34,691 nt of DNA from the IMG/VR virus record IMGVR_UViG_3300025352_000117, positions 1-34,691 of that record; one strand, 5' to 3'. Position 1 is the first letter of the stretch; each line of letters opens with the position of its first letter. This DNA is from a virus. Taxonomy: Duplodnaviria; Caudoviricetes. A program made the translations under genes and the position numbers. The notes below the pieces were generated by a model that worked only from the letters and a program-made list of their open reading frames with translations, searched no databases and was not told the origin of the DNA. Positions 25,427 through 34,691 of this stretch are shown here, in pieces.

Positions 25427-28400
25427 ATGACAATTCTTAGATCAACAAAAGACAATGCAGTTTTTATATCGAATCCTACTACACAAGGAATTAAGGAGTT
25501 GAGCTGGGTTTCTTGCACTCCGAGTTACACTAGTATAACTGAAAAGTTTAACGTCGATTCGAGCTCTACGAGCACCCAACTAACTTCTATAACCCGTGAC
25601 GGGGCAGTTCTTCAGCAGGGAGATGCTATTATTGCAAAAACTCCTAGCTATTCTGAAGTGTATAAAGGCACAGCTGGCTTTACTACCTCTAACGTCCAGT
25701 CAAAAAACAATATAACCGGCTCTGTGTACGACGGCATAAATTTCAGCACGTCTTCACAAGGGGTATACAGTCCAAACTTTGTTTTGTTTAATGACACAGG
25801 TTCTAAAATGTACGCCGGTGGGTCTAGTTCTGACGCAATATATCAATACACTTTAACAACGCCTTTTGATATTTCCACTGTTTCCTACGATAATGTGTTC
25901 TTTTCTTTCAGTACACAAGAATTTACGGTAGAGTCTGCAAAGTTTAACAACGACGGCACAAGGTTATTCATGATAGGAAGAAGCCAAGACACTATTTTCC
26001 AGTACGACCTTTCTACACCGTACGATATTGGAACTGTGTCTTACGGTGGAAATTTCTTTAACCTTGACGCTCAAGAGGTTGGTCCCTACTCGATTACATT
26101 TAACAACAACGGCACTAAATTTTACATGGTTGGATCTACAAGCGACACTATCTTTGAATATACTCTATCAGCGTTTGATATTACCACCCTTTCGTATACT
26201 GGTAACAGCTTTGATTTCAGTAGTCAAACCACTGATCCGAGAGCGATCGAATTTACAAATAACGGATCAAAGTTATTCGTTACCGATCAAAACAACCAAA
26301 CGATCTACGAATATGATCTATCAACTCCTTACGACGTGACTACTATTTCGTACAACGGGCTAAGTTTTGATATAAACGGTACTGAGTTCCTACTGTACAA
26401 TCCCGAAGATATAACCTTCAACAACGACGCTACAAAATTTTTTATTGCAGGTTCGCAGAAAAGTAGAATATATCAATTTTCTAAAGAAGACTTTGACGAA
26501 ACTGTCACAACTGCTGATATCTCTGATCTAGGTCTAGCAGAAGCGCCCACATTAGTTGCTCGAGACAGCCTGCCAACAATGTCGGTGAGTTTTGAACCTT
26601 TTGCGGATCGATGTCTCACAAAAGATGTGAGCTTAGCCCTTACCTCGTCGACTACAACTCAATTTGTAGGACAGCGAGCAGCAGGCGAACCGTCAGACCT
26701 GATTAGATTAAATGCTGGCGATTTAGTTATTCCTTACAACAATGGCTCGGCTGACAGTCCGATTAGACTAACAGCCGATGCAGTAGTTTCATCTGGAGAA
26801 GGTATAACTAGTGTTGACTTCGACTCTCTTGAAATTTTAGATATTACTAATACAGCAGAGTTTGCAAGAGACATTAACTTTGACGACACTGGCACAAAAC
26901 TGATTATCCTCGACGGCTCCTCTAATTCTCTATGGGAATACACCTTAACTACACCTTACGATATAACAACAGCAGGAAGTCCAACAAACGGTACAACTTT
27001 ATCCGGTATATCTAGACCTCAAGGCTTTCAATTTAGTAACAACGGAACAGAACTATTCGGTTACGGCGACCTCAATGACAGGCTACTTCGATACAGCCTA
27101 ACAATACCCTACGATACAAGTACTGGTAATACCCAACCTCAAGACAGCGTCAACGTAAGATCCTTTGCTCCTTTTGGCAACGGCATTGCAGCAAGCAACG
27201 ACGGTACTGTAATCCTGTTTATAGACGGCGACCAGACAATTTCTGAAGCTACAATGTCAACACCTTGGGATATCACTACTCTTGTGTTTAACAATGTAAC
27301 CGTTGATCTTACTCGCTTAGGATTGCCAGATCCTAATTATACGTCATTGCGCTTCAACAACGACGGTACTCTTTTGTATCTATTAGATGAGAATACACCC
27401 GCTGTCTATAGATTATCGTTATCAACTCCTTATGATATAACTACTGCGTCAAATGATAATCTATATATGAATCTAGGACAGTTAAGCCTGCCTCAAGGGT
27501 TTGCTATTAGTCCGGACGAAAGTCGTATTTTTGTTGTCGGGTACAACGGCGATTATGTTGCACAATATGATGTACTCGGGCCGCCGTTGTACTCTTTAGA
27601 GTTTCCAGCACTTGCCTACTCGCCGTCAAGAGTAGTAGTTCCAAGTAGAGCAACAGATCTAACTACCCCAACAAGTGAAGAATGGGTTCTTGATCCAGAA
27701 AATGGCAACGACGATGTTGTAAGTCGCAGCTACGCTAAAATAGAAGATCAGTGGGCAAGGGCTGTACAATATCAAGTTAACTTCTCTGCAAATTCAGATG
27801 TTAGGTCTATAAATTTTGATTTTGAAAAAGAACCTGCGCAAGATTTTGTACTTCCGAAACTTTGGGACATTGGGTCAATTGGTCGAGTTGCCGGTAACGA
27901 AATCACTGCTTCAATCGGAACTGGCGGCGACGGCCAGAAAGGAATAGCACTCAAGCCAGACGGCACAGAAATTTACTTCGTCGGGTTTGACTCTTCTACG
28001 TTTGAGGCTGTTGTTTCTCAGATAACGTTGTCTACAGAATACGATTTTACTAGCAACACAGGGGAAAAGTTCTTAAATCTGGCTCCTTTGGTAGGTGACC
28101 CTACGGACATTGAGTTTAAAACAGACGGTACACGAATGTTTATACAGGACGGCGATTTCCCGAGAGGACTTTATCGATATGATTTAAGTACCCCGTGGGA
28201 CGTCACTACTGCTTCTTATGCAGGCCCCGGAGAGTTTTATATTCGTAGTCAAGAGTTGAGACCTTACAGTATCGAATTCAACAACACTGGGTCAAAAATG
28301 TATATCACAGGACTCGGAGACGTCGTATACCAGTACTCGTTGTCAACACCATTTAATGTATCTACAGCTAGTGTCGAGACATCCTTTTCAGTGGCGGCAC

Positions 28401-29530
28401 AAGAATACAGTACAAGAACTGTAACGTTTAACGACACCGGCTCTAAGATGTACATAACTGGCTCTGGTACTGACTTCCTATATCAATATACACTGTCAAC
28501 TCCTTTCGATATTAGCACAGCATCGTACGACAATGTGTCAGTTGATCTTGATAACCAAGACTTCAATCCGTACTCTATACAATTTAACAACGATGGTACA
28601 AAATTCTTTATGATAGGCCTCAGCGGCGACGATATCAACGAATACACGTTGTCGACTCCATACGACATCAGCACTCTTTCATTCACATTTAGTAATTACG
28701 CATTTGCAGAAGACGGCACTCCGTATGGTTTTACATTTAACAACGACGGTTCTAAACTCTACGTTGTAGGCGACAATGACACAATTTATCAATATTCGTT
28801 TACAACACCATATGACATTAGTGCAGGAGTAACCTACGACGGTGTGAGCTTTGATGTTTCAGGGGTTGAACGCACCACTACTGCGATTCGATTTAACAAC
28901 GACGGTACGCAACTTTATTTTGTTGGTACTAACAACGACACGGTCTATCAACTAGAAGTTCCAGTAGCGTTTGATCTTTCTTCAATTCCTTCGGTGGTGG
29001 GCGAAACAGGCGAGATTTTTGGATCGGCTATCTTTTACGATATTACAGGAAACAAACTATTTTCATTGAGCACAAGCACAGTGTATGCTTACGACACGCA
29101 GTCAGCATGGGACCTAGAAGGAGTGGCGCGTCGCACTAGTAGTGACGAGAACTTTTCGATAGACGATAGCGGCGGTGATGAGCGTCATTTAGCTTTTAAA
29201 CCAGACGGTACCGAAATGTACATTTCGACGGTATTTAACGACGCAGAGAACTATATTTTTCAATATACCTTAGCTACGCCGTGGGACATTACTACAGCCG
29301 TGTTTAAGCAGCAATACGAAGACAAAGATGCGTTAAATACTACGGGACTAATGAACGGGTTTTACATTAATCCAAACACTGGCCGCGAAGTTGTAATAAG
29401 GTCTGGAAATACCGCATACTTGTTTGAGATCGAACAGAATCTACTTCCAGACGACCCGATTATTATCGGTGATGTCGACTGGACCGGTGACATATTCAGC
29501 AAATTTGGCTGGGATCTAATACGGATCTAA
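25427..29530 (+). CDS. large tail-associated protein with four 5-repeat beta-propeller-like cassettes
   Basis: 20 copies of a roughly 50-aa repeat FNNDGTK[M/L][Y/F]...IYQYxLSTP[Y/W]DIST. Confidence 0.8.
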   Translation: MTILRSTKDNAVFISNPTTQGIKELSWVSCTPSYTSITEKFNVDSSSTSTQLTSITRDGAVLQQGDAIIAKTPSYSEVYKGTAGFTTSNVQSKNNITGSVYDGINFSTSSQGVYSPNFVLFNDTGSKMYAGGSSSDAIYQYTLTTPFDISTVSYDNVFFSFSTQEFTVESAKFNNDGTRLFMIGRSQDTIFQYDLSTPYDIGTVSYGGNFFNLDAQEVGPYSITFNNNGTKFYMVGSTSDTIFEYTLSAFDITTLSYTGNSFDFSSQTTDPRAIEFTNNGSKLFVTDQNNQTIYEYDLSTPYDVTTISYNGLSFDINGTEFLLYNPEDITFNNDATKFFIAGSQKSRIYQFSKEDFDETVTTADISDLGLAEAPTLVARDSLPTMSVSFEPFADRCLTKDVSLALTSSTTTQFVGQRAAGEPSDLIRLNAGDLVIPYNNGSADSPIRLTADAVVSSGEGITSVDFDSLEILDITNTAEFARDINFDDTGTKLIILDGSSNSLWEYTLTTPYDITTAGSPTNGTTLSGISRPQGFQFSNNGTELFGYGDLNDRLLRYSLTIPYDTSTGNTQPQDSVNVRSFAPFGNGIAASNDGTVILFIDGDQTISEATMSTPWDITTLVFNNVTVDLTRLGLPDPNYTSLRFNNDGTLLYLLDENTPAVYRLSLSTPYDITTASNDNLYMNLGQLSLPQGFAISPDESRIFVVGYNGDYVAQYDVLGPPLYSLEFPALAYSPSRVVVPSRATDLTTPTSEEWVLDPENGNDDVVSRSYAKIEDQWARAVQYQVNFSANSDVRSINFDFEKEPAQDFVLPKLWDIGSIGRVAGNEITASIGTGGDGQKGIALKPDGTEIYFVGFDSSTFEAVVSQITLSTEYDFTSNTGEKFLNLAPLVGDPTDIEFKTDGTRMFIQDGDFPRGLYRYDLSTPWDVTTASYAGPGEFYIRSQELRPYSIEFNNTGSKMYITGLGDVVYQYSLSTPFNVSTASVETSFSVAAQEYSTRTVTFNDTGSKMYITGSGTDFLYQYTLSTPFDISTASYDNVSVDLDNQDFNPYSIQFNNDGTKFFMIGLSGDDINEYTLSTPYDISTLSFTFSNYAFAEDGTPYGFTFNNDGSKLYVVGDNDTIYQYSFTTPYDISAGVTYDGVSFDVSGVERTTTAIRFNNDGTQLYFVGTNNDTVYQLEVPVAFDLSSIPSVVGETGEIFGSAIFYDITGNKLFSLSTSTVYAYDTQSAWDLEGVARRTSSDENFSIDDSGGDERHLAFKPDGTEMYISTVFNDAENYIFQYTLATPWDITTAVFKQQYEDKDALNTTGLMNGFYINPNTGREVVIRSGNTAYLFEIEQNLLPDDPIIIGDVDWTGDIFSKFGWDLIRI

Positions 29531-32500
29531 TATCATGACATTTAATAACATTTAAGGACTACAAAATGCCTACCATAACGCCTACGGGGCCTATCACAAG
29601 TATTCGATCTGGACCATCTAATGATGGTCCTTTTATCTCAACCATAAGATCTCAAGGAGTAACAGAAACAGACTGGAATAGCTACATTGCGAGATACACT
29701 TGTACTGGCGGTACGTTTACTGTTGAAAACTCAACTACTGCTACCGAACTAGTGTTATCAAGCGGCCCTGTAACTGATGTTAGCGAGGTAGTCGAAGGAT
29801 TAAACATTATCTACAAACTACCAAATGACGATACTGTTTACAGAGGAACTCTTGGCCCTGTAAGCACTTCAACTCCTACGCCGTCTGACACAACCGCAGA
29901 TATCTCATCATTCGGGTTGTCATCGGTGCCTGAACAGGTTATGAAAGACAATCTGCCTATTATATCTGTAGGTGCCGAAAAGGACTCAGCAGATCTAAGA
30001 TTGCAGGATTATACATTCCAAGACAGCGATATAATATTTACTTCGAACACTGCTTCTCTAGTAACCAAACCTACAGGAAACCCTGTGTTTAGTTCAGGAG
30101 AGCAATTTGTGCCGTACGAAGAAACAGGCCCGGCTGATATTGATAGTATAGCATACGACAATTTAAGTTTCAGTGTTTCTTCAACAGGGCAGCCTCAGGA
30201 CATTGCAATTAAACCAGACGGCACTGTGCTCATTGTAATTTTCGGTTTCGCTGACGTCGCTAAACAATACAATCTTTCAACACCGTTCGATCTTTCAACC
30301 GCGAGCGATAGCGGAAATACTCTTGCTCTTGCTGAGGCTAGTTTTAGAAACAGTACCGGTATTGTTGTTAGCGACGACGGCACTAGGATTATTACTTCAA
30401 TTAAGGATTCCGGCACAGGTAGTCTTCTTACTCAATATAACATGTCTTCGCCCTGGGATCTAAGCACTGCAACTTATAGCGGTATCGCATTTAATCCCAA
30501 CAGTAACTCTCTAGCTACTAGAGGCCTCGGAGTGAACAACGACGGCACAAAACTATACCTAGCATCAGATAACTCTGGATCAGAAAAGGTTGATCAATTT
30601 ACGCTGTCTACTGCATGGGACTTGTCTACCATTAGTTATGAAAGTACGCTTTCAGTTTCTAGCGAAACAAGCGGCTTATCCGACGTTTCGTTTAACAGCA
30701 CTGGCACGAGGATGTTCCTGCTTGTGTTTAATAGCGGAGCAACACTTCTACAATACTCGTTGTCAACGCCTTATGATGTTACTAGCGCCACATTCGACAA
30801 CATCTCTGTAGACTTATCGTCAGTTGACAACTTCTCAAGAGGGTTTAGTGCCGGTTCGAACGGTACCACGTTTTATTATGTTGCAGCTGATCAGTCTCAG
30901 ATCTACCAATTCTCTACTCCTACATCTGTAAACGGCGCATTTGAAATTGTAGAACGGGATTCGAGTCCGTTGCTGTCAACAATCGACAGTTCTTATGTAG
31001 ATTCCATTACATATGACAATGCATCATTTAATCTCTCCGACCAAAACTCGTCGCCTACAGCGATTGCGTTTAACGACGACGGGACTAAATTTTATATGCA
31101 CGGCACTGGCAACGATACTATCTATCAATACTCATTGTCAACAGCGTACGATGTTACTACGCTAGCATACGACAGTGTTAGTATTTCACTCGGTAACGAA
31201 GATTTCCAGACAAATGGTATCGAGTTTGGCGATTCTGGTCGAAGGCTTTACTTCATAGGAGCAAGCGACAACGAAATTAACCAATATAATCTAGGAACTC
31301 CGTACGATCTAGCAACAGCCTCTTACCAAACCAGAGAATTCGTCGGTGTCCAGGCAAATTCGCCTAGATCTGTGCGATTTGCAGGCGACGGTACAAAGTT
31401 CTTTGTGTTAGACGCTAGCACCGACACTATATATGAATACGAGTTGCCTTCTCCCTTTGCTAACATTGATGGTTCAACATATACCGGTAACAGTTATATA
31501 TTACCTTCAGAACTTACTAACCCGGAAGACTTTGTTTTTAAAGATAACGGCAATTCGATGCTGATCCTCGACGGAAATCAAGACTCAGTTTTTCAGTTTG
31601 TAATGAGCTCTCCGTATAATATCTCAAGTCTTGTCTATATACAAAACTTGATCGACGTCGGCACGCAAGAAAGTGCACCTAGGGGAATTGTATTTAACGC
31701 AGACGAAACTAAAATCTTTATAATAGGGCCTGGCTCTGACTCTGTGTATCAGTATTCAATAGCAGAGACTGAAATTATTGCATTTAACTTCAACAGCCTA
31801 GGATATGCACCTGTTCAAATAGACATACCAAACACCGCAACACGTCTAGATAATCCTGCTAGTGAATTATGGACTGGCAATAATATCGAGAGAATATCAC
31901 GCCAACAATTCACACCTCTAGGCTCAAGACACCTTCAATTTAGGTTTGACGGTGACCCTGACGCAGAAGTATTCCAGGTGCAATACAATCTCACGAAGTT
32001 CAGGCCTGGATTTTTGCCTGTGGAGCCTTCTGCTTCCGAGACTATAGTTGTTACAAACTTTGAAAACGAAACAGATATCAACCAAGGAATAAGCCAAATA
32101 TGACAATCCTAAGATCAAATCAGACTAACGGAACATTCGTCGGTCTTACTAAAGAACAAGACACTGGTGATCCAGACTGGCTTTCTTATACTCCAAGTTT
32201 TAAAGGAACCAGTGAAAAATACACTATTGACGGTACTAGTACTAGCACCGAACTAGTAACATCAGCCGGTGCTATTCCTGTAGAGGGACAAAACATAATT
32301 GTTAAAGTTGGAACTGATTCAACTGTGATCAAAGGAACTGTAGGCGCTGTTACCAATAACAGCGGAACATACACTGCTGATATTAGCTCCTTGAATCTTA
32401 GTGGTGTCCCCAGTGTAGTATGCAAAGACAATCTACCAAGAATGTTTACTTCCTTTGAACAACAGCCGCCGAGGTGTTTGTGCCTAAACTCATTTATTGC

Positions 32501-34230
32501 TATAAACACTGCATCAACAACCAATATAACAGGTGAATATACAGGCGGATTGGCATTCGAAGCCGGTGACGATGTTATACCTTATCCAAGCGGTTTCGGC
32601 ACAAGTATAGATAACGCCTCGTGGGACAGTGTTTCTTTTGATGCCCTTGCGTTAGACTCCGATCCTTGGAAAATACAGTTTAACAACAACGGCACTAGAT
32701 TGTTTATGCTAGGCATAGGTAGCGATAACCTGTATCAATTAGATTTAACTACTCCGTACGATATATCAAGTTCTAGTATGTCATACAGCGGCGTAAGCTA
32801 CAATGTAAATGATGTAATGTTTATTCAAGGAGGTTTCAGATTTAACGATGACGGTACAAAGCTGTTTATGGTGGGCAGAGCAGGCGCCGATCAAGTTACA
32901 CAGTATAATTTAAGTACTGGATTTGACTTGTCGACCATGTCATACAGTGGCATAAGTTTCGAAATAACTGAAGGATTTAATTCGCCTAAGTGTCTTGCGT
33001 TTAGCGACGACGGATTAAAGTTGATCATCGTAAGATCAGGAAGGCTTTATCCTTATAGTATGGTTACGCCGTATGATATAACAACACTGACCTACGACGG
33101 CGCGTTTTTCGGTGCAGGTGTTCAAGACGACCCTATCGATATAGCATTTAACGCAGACGGCTCAAGGCTGTTTACAGCTGGGTCAGGTGGACGGTATGCG
33201 TACCAGTACAGTCTAGATACGCCATACGAGTTAGCTACAATAACATACGGCGGTATTCGTTATGATTTTGGTCCTGAGTCCTTTGATAGTCGAGGCATTA
33301 CTTTTACACCTGACGGTACAAAAATGTACATGGTAACTGACTTTTCTAATAACACAAATGCAAACGACGATACAATTTATCAATATTCTATAAACGGGTC
33401 GATTAATTCCACAGAAGCAAATCCAGGCACAGCAGTAACTATCTCTAATGTCACAGAGTCAGGAGTTAGTAACGAGCCAGTAATATCTAGAGCAGTTTAC
33501 GATAATGTTAACTTTGATCCGAGCACTGACCCGTTGGATTTTCAGTTTAACGACGACGGTACTGAGCTCTTTATTCTTGCCGGTTCTTCAGAAATTATAA
33601 GAAGGTACACTCTACCAACTGCTTACGATATAACAGGTGCAGTAGACTCCGGTGACGTCTTGATACTTAACATCGACTTTGCTTATTCTTTTAAGTTTAG
33701 CAACGACGGCACAAAAATATTTGGGTTAAGTCGTAGTACTACATTGATTACTGAATGGGTACTTCCGGGCGGGGCGTTTACTATTACCGGCGGAAGGACC
33801 GATAGCGGAACGTTTAGTGTTGGCAACGAAGAAACCGAACCGCAAGGATTTACGTTTAACGGCGACGGAACTAAGATGTATGTTGTAGGCAACAACACAA
33901 ATACTGTCTACCAGTATACCCTGTCAACTGCGTTCGAAATAACATCAACAACATACGACAGCATATCTTTAAACGTAGAATTTGTCGGCAGTCCGGAAGG
34001 GTTAACGTTTAACTCAGACGGCTCAAGAATGTATGTAATCGGCGATACTAATAACAGCGTATACAGGTTCGACCTCTCAACACCGTACGATCTTAGTACT
34101 GCATCCTATGCCAATGAACGATTCAGTGTACGACTACAAGGAGATCGTACCCGAAAAGTACAATTTAGTCCAGATGGATCAAAAATGTATATGTTAGACC
34201 TATCCAACGGATTATTTCAATACTCGGTGC
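25705..34230 (+). repeat. 40 degenerate coding repeats (about 150 nt each) grouped into eight sets of five
   Basis: Approximate cassettes: 25705-26485, 26800-27575, 27860-29435 (ten repeats), 30135-30915, 31000-31760, 32605-33390, 33485-34230. Confidence 0.75.
29566..32103 (+). CDS. paralogous tail-associated protein with two 5-repeat cassettes
   Basis: 10 repeat copies; scaffold motifs TADISS, KDNLP and VPY are shared with the neighbours. Confidence 0.8.
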   Translation: MPTITPTGPITSIRSGPSNDGPFISTIRSQGVTETDWNSYIARYTCTGGTFTVENSTTATELVLSSGPVTDVSEVVEGLNIIYKLPNDDTVYRGTLGPVSTSTPTPSDTTADISSFGLSSVPEQVMKDNLPIISVGAEKDSADLRLQDYTFQDSDIIFTSNTASLVTKPTGNPVFSSGEQFVPYEETGPADIDSIAYDNLSFSVSSTGQPQDIAIKPDGTVLIVIFGFADVAKQYNLSTPFDLSTASDSGNTLALAEASFRNSTGIVVSDDGTRIITSIKDSGTGSLLTQYNMSSPWDLSTATYSGIAFNPNSNSLATRGLGVNNDGTKLYLASDNSGSEKVDQFTLSTAWDLSTISYESTLSVSSETSGLSDVSFNSTGTRMFLLVFNSGATLLQYSLSTPYDVTSATFDNISVDLSSVDNFSRGFSAGSNGTTFYYVAADQSQIYQFSTPTSVNGAFEIVERDSSPLLSTIDSSYVDSITYDNASFNLSDQNSSPTAIAFNDDGTKFYMHGTGNDTIYQYSLSTAYDVTTLAYDSVSISLGNEDFQTNGIEFGDSGRRLYFIGASDNEINQYNLGTPYDLATASYQTREFVGVQANSPRSVRFAGDGTKFFVLDASTDTIYEYELPSPFANIDGSTYTGNSYILPSELTNPEDFVFKDNGNSMLILDGNQDSVFQFVMSSPYNISSLVYIQNLIDVGTQESAPRGIVFNADETKIFIIGPGSDSVYQYSIAETEIIAFNFNSLGYAPVQIDIPNTATRLDNPASELWTGNNIERISRQQFTPLGSRHLQFRFDGDPDAEVFQVQYNLTKFRPGFLPVEPSASETIVVTNFENETDINQGISQI

Positions 34231-34481
34231 CTGAACTGCCTGTTAGAAGTGTTGATGTAGATTTTGCCGACGCTGGGTTTGTACCGGAGCTTATAGCAGT
34301 TCCGGACAGATCAATTGAACACACTGCTATAGACACTCAGGCCTGGGTCGACGAACAAGTAGAAACAATCTTTGCTCTAGTTGAGAATCCGACGGCTCGT
34401 GCATTGCAATACAAATTTGTAATGCCACAGAACAGCGAAGTAACTGAAGTAAAGTACGTACTAGATAACGATATTTCGTAA
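32100..34481 (+). CDS. paralogous tail-associated protein with two 5-repeat cassettes
   Basis: MTILRS N-terminus as in the 25427 protein; 10 repeat copies; ARALQY near the C-terminus. Confidence 0.8.
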   Translation: MTILRSNQTNGTFVGLTKEQDTGDPDWLSYTPSFKGTSEKYTIDGTSTSTELVTSAGAIPVEGQNIIVKVGTDSTVIKGTVGAVTNNSGTYTADISSLNLSGVPSVVCKDNLPRMFTSFEQQPPRCLCLNSFIAINTASTTNITGEYTGGLAFEAGDDVIPYPSGFGTSIDNASWDSVSFDALALDSDPWKIQFNNNGTRLFMLGIGSDNLYQLDLTTPYDISSSSMSYSGVSYNVNDVMFIQGGFRFNDDGTKLFMVGRAGADQVTQYNLSTGFDLSTMSYSGISFEITEGFNSPKCLAFSDDGLKLIIVRSGRLYPYSMVTPYDITTLTYDGAFFGAGVQDDPIDIAFNADGSRLFTAGSGGRYAYQYSLDTPYELATITYGGIRYDFGPESFDSRGITFTPDGTKMYMVTDFSNNTNANDDTIYQYSINGSINSTEANPGTAVTISNVTESGVSNEPVISRAVYDNVNFDPSTDPLDFQFNDDGTELFILAGSSEIIRRYTLPTAYDITGAVDSGDVLILNIDFAYSFKFSNDGTKIFGLSRSTTLITEWVLPGGAFTITGGRTDSGTFSVGNEETEPQGFTFNGDGTKMYVVGNNTNTVYQYTLSTAFEITSTTYDSISLNVEFVGSPEGLTFNSDGSRMYVIGDTNNSVYRFDLSTPYDLSTASYANERFSVRLQGDRTRKVQFSPDGSKMYMLDLSNGLFQYSVPELPVRSVDVDFADAGFVPELIAVPDRSIEHTAIDTQAWVDEQVETIFALVENPTARALQYKFVMPQNSEVTEVKYVLDNDIS

Positions 34482-34525
34482 ATTACAGCCTTACTCAGTC
34501 AAGGCGAAATAACACCGGTTAACTC

Positions 34526-34690
34526 TTAGTCTTCTTTATAGTAGTATTCTAAGTTATCAACACCGATTTGTTTTCTAAACTCATCGGTGAACTTGCCTTC
34601 TACTTTTAAAGTAATAGACGTATAAGGATTGCTTTCAAAACAACCGTGCCAGTTATGATGATTAAAAAACGCCGAATATCCTTCAACAGG
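34526..34690 (-). CDS. 3' end of a convergent gene (partial), possibly a 2OG-Fe(II)/cupin-like protein
   Basis: Minus strand reads ...PVEGYSAFFNHHNWHGCFESNPYTSITLKVEGKFTDEFRKQIGVDNLEYYYKED*; the FN..WHG pattern resembles the distal His of double-stranded beta-helix oxygenases. Confidence 0.55.
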   Translation of the reverse strand, partial: PVEGYSAFFNHHNWHGCFESNPYTSITLKVEGKFTDEFRKQIGVDNLEYYYKED

Positions 34691-34691
34691 A

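Noticed and set aside
1330-33898. Many short alternative-frame and antisense ORFs in the track (for example 1330..1662, 11514..12023, 13916..14248, 17427..17873)
   Set aside because: They lie largely or wholly over well-supported genes, lack SD sites and motifs, and are expected shadows of codon bias.
25427-34481. CRISPR array or diversity-generating retroelement
   Set aside because: The repeats are degenerate, protein-level and in frame. I saw no identical direct repeats with spacers, no TR/VR pair differing only at adenines, and no reverse transcriptase.
34488-34505. Bidirectional terminator between the convergent genes
   Set aside because: Only a 5-bp GCCTT/AAGGC stem with no clear U-tract on either strand; too weak to call.
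1-34691. Genome-wide stop codon reassignment
   Set aside because: TGA, TAG and TAA all end genes at sensible positions (many ATGA overlaps; folE ends in TAG), and long genes are unbroken in code 11. Only the TGA at 22771-22773 looks leaky.
1-34691. tRNA or rRNA genes
   Set aside because: Intergenic gaps are short, and none shows a cloverleaf with T-loop and acceptor stem.
1-34691. Halophilic host inferred from acidic proteins
   Set aside because: Acidic composition is noticeable but was not quantified and is common in phage structural proteins; the host cannot be assigned from this window.

Overview
This window looks like part of a large T4-like (myovirus-type) dsDNA phage genome in the standard genetic code, almost all on the + strand. 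Bases 1-6.6 kb hold a 7-deazaguanine (Dpd/Que-type) DNA-modification region. It has a QueD-paralogue with the LxxxHRHxF DpdL signature, a GT-B glycosyltransferase, a purine phosphoribosyltransferase, a HIT protein, folE, and queE, with a free-standing HNH endonuclease lying antisense between folE and queE. Bases 6.7-15.7 kb hold hypothetical genes, an RNase H/5'-3' exonuclease, and an AAA+ ATPase plus a metallopeptidase-vWA partner split by an extra gene. Bases 15.7-34.5 kb are a late tail/baseplate module ending in three paralogous proteins in which five-repeat (probable 5-bladed beta-propeller) cassettes sit in different loops of a shared scaffold. Sigma70-type promoters (TTGACA..TAnnnT) and T4-late-like boxes (GATAAATA) are visible. 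The main leads are: the unusual deazaguanine cluster; an H-type RNA pseudoknot inside it; a probable UGA readthrough that would extend a tail-fibre protein; the plug-in propeller array; and RBS-adjacent hairpins under late promoters. All calls come from reading motifs by eye; no database searches were run.
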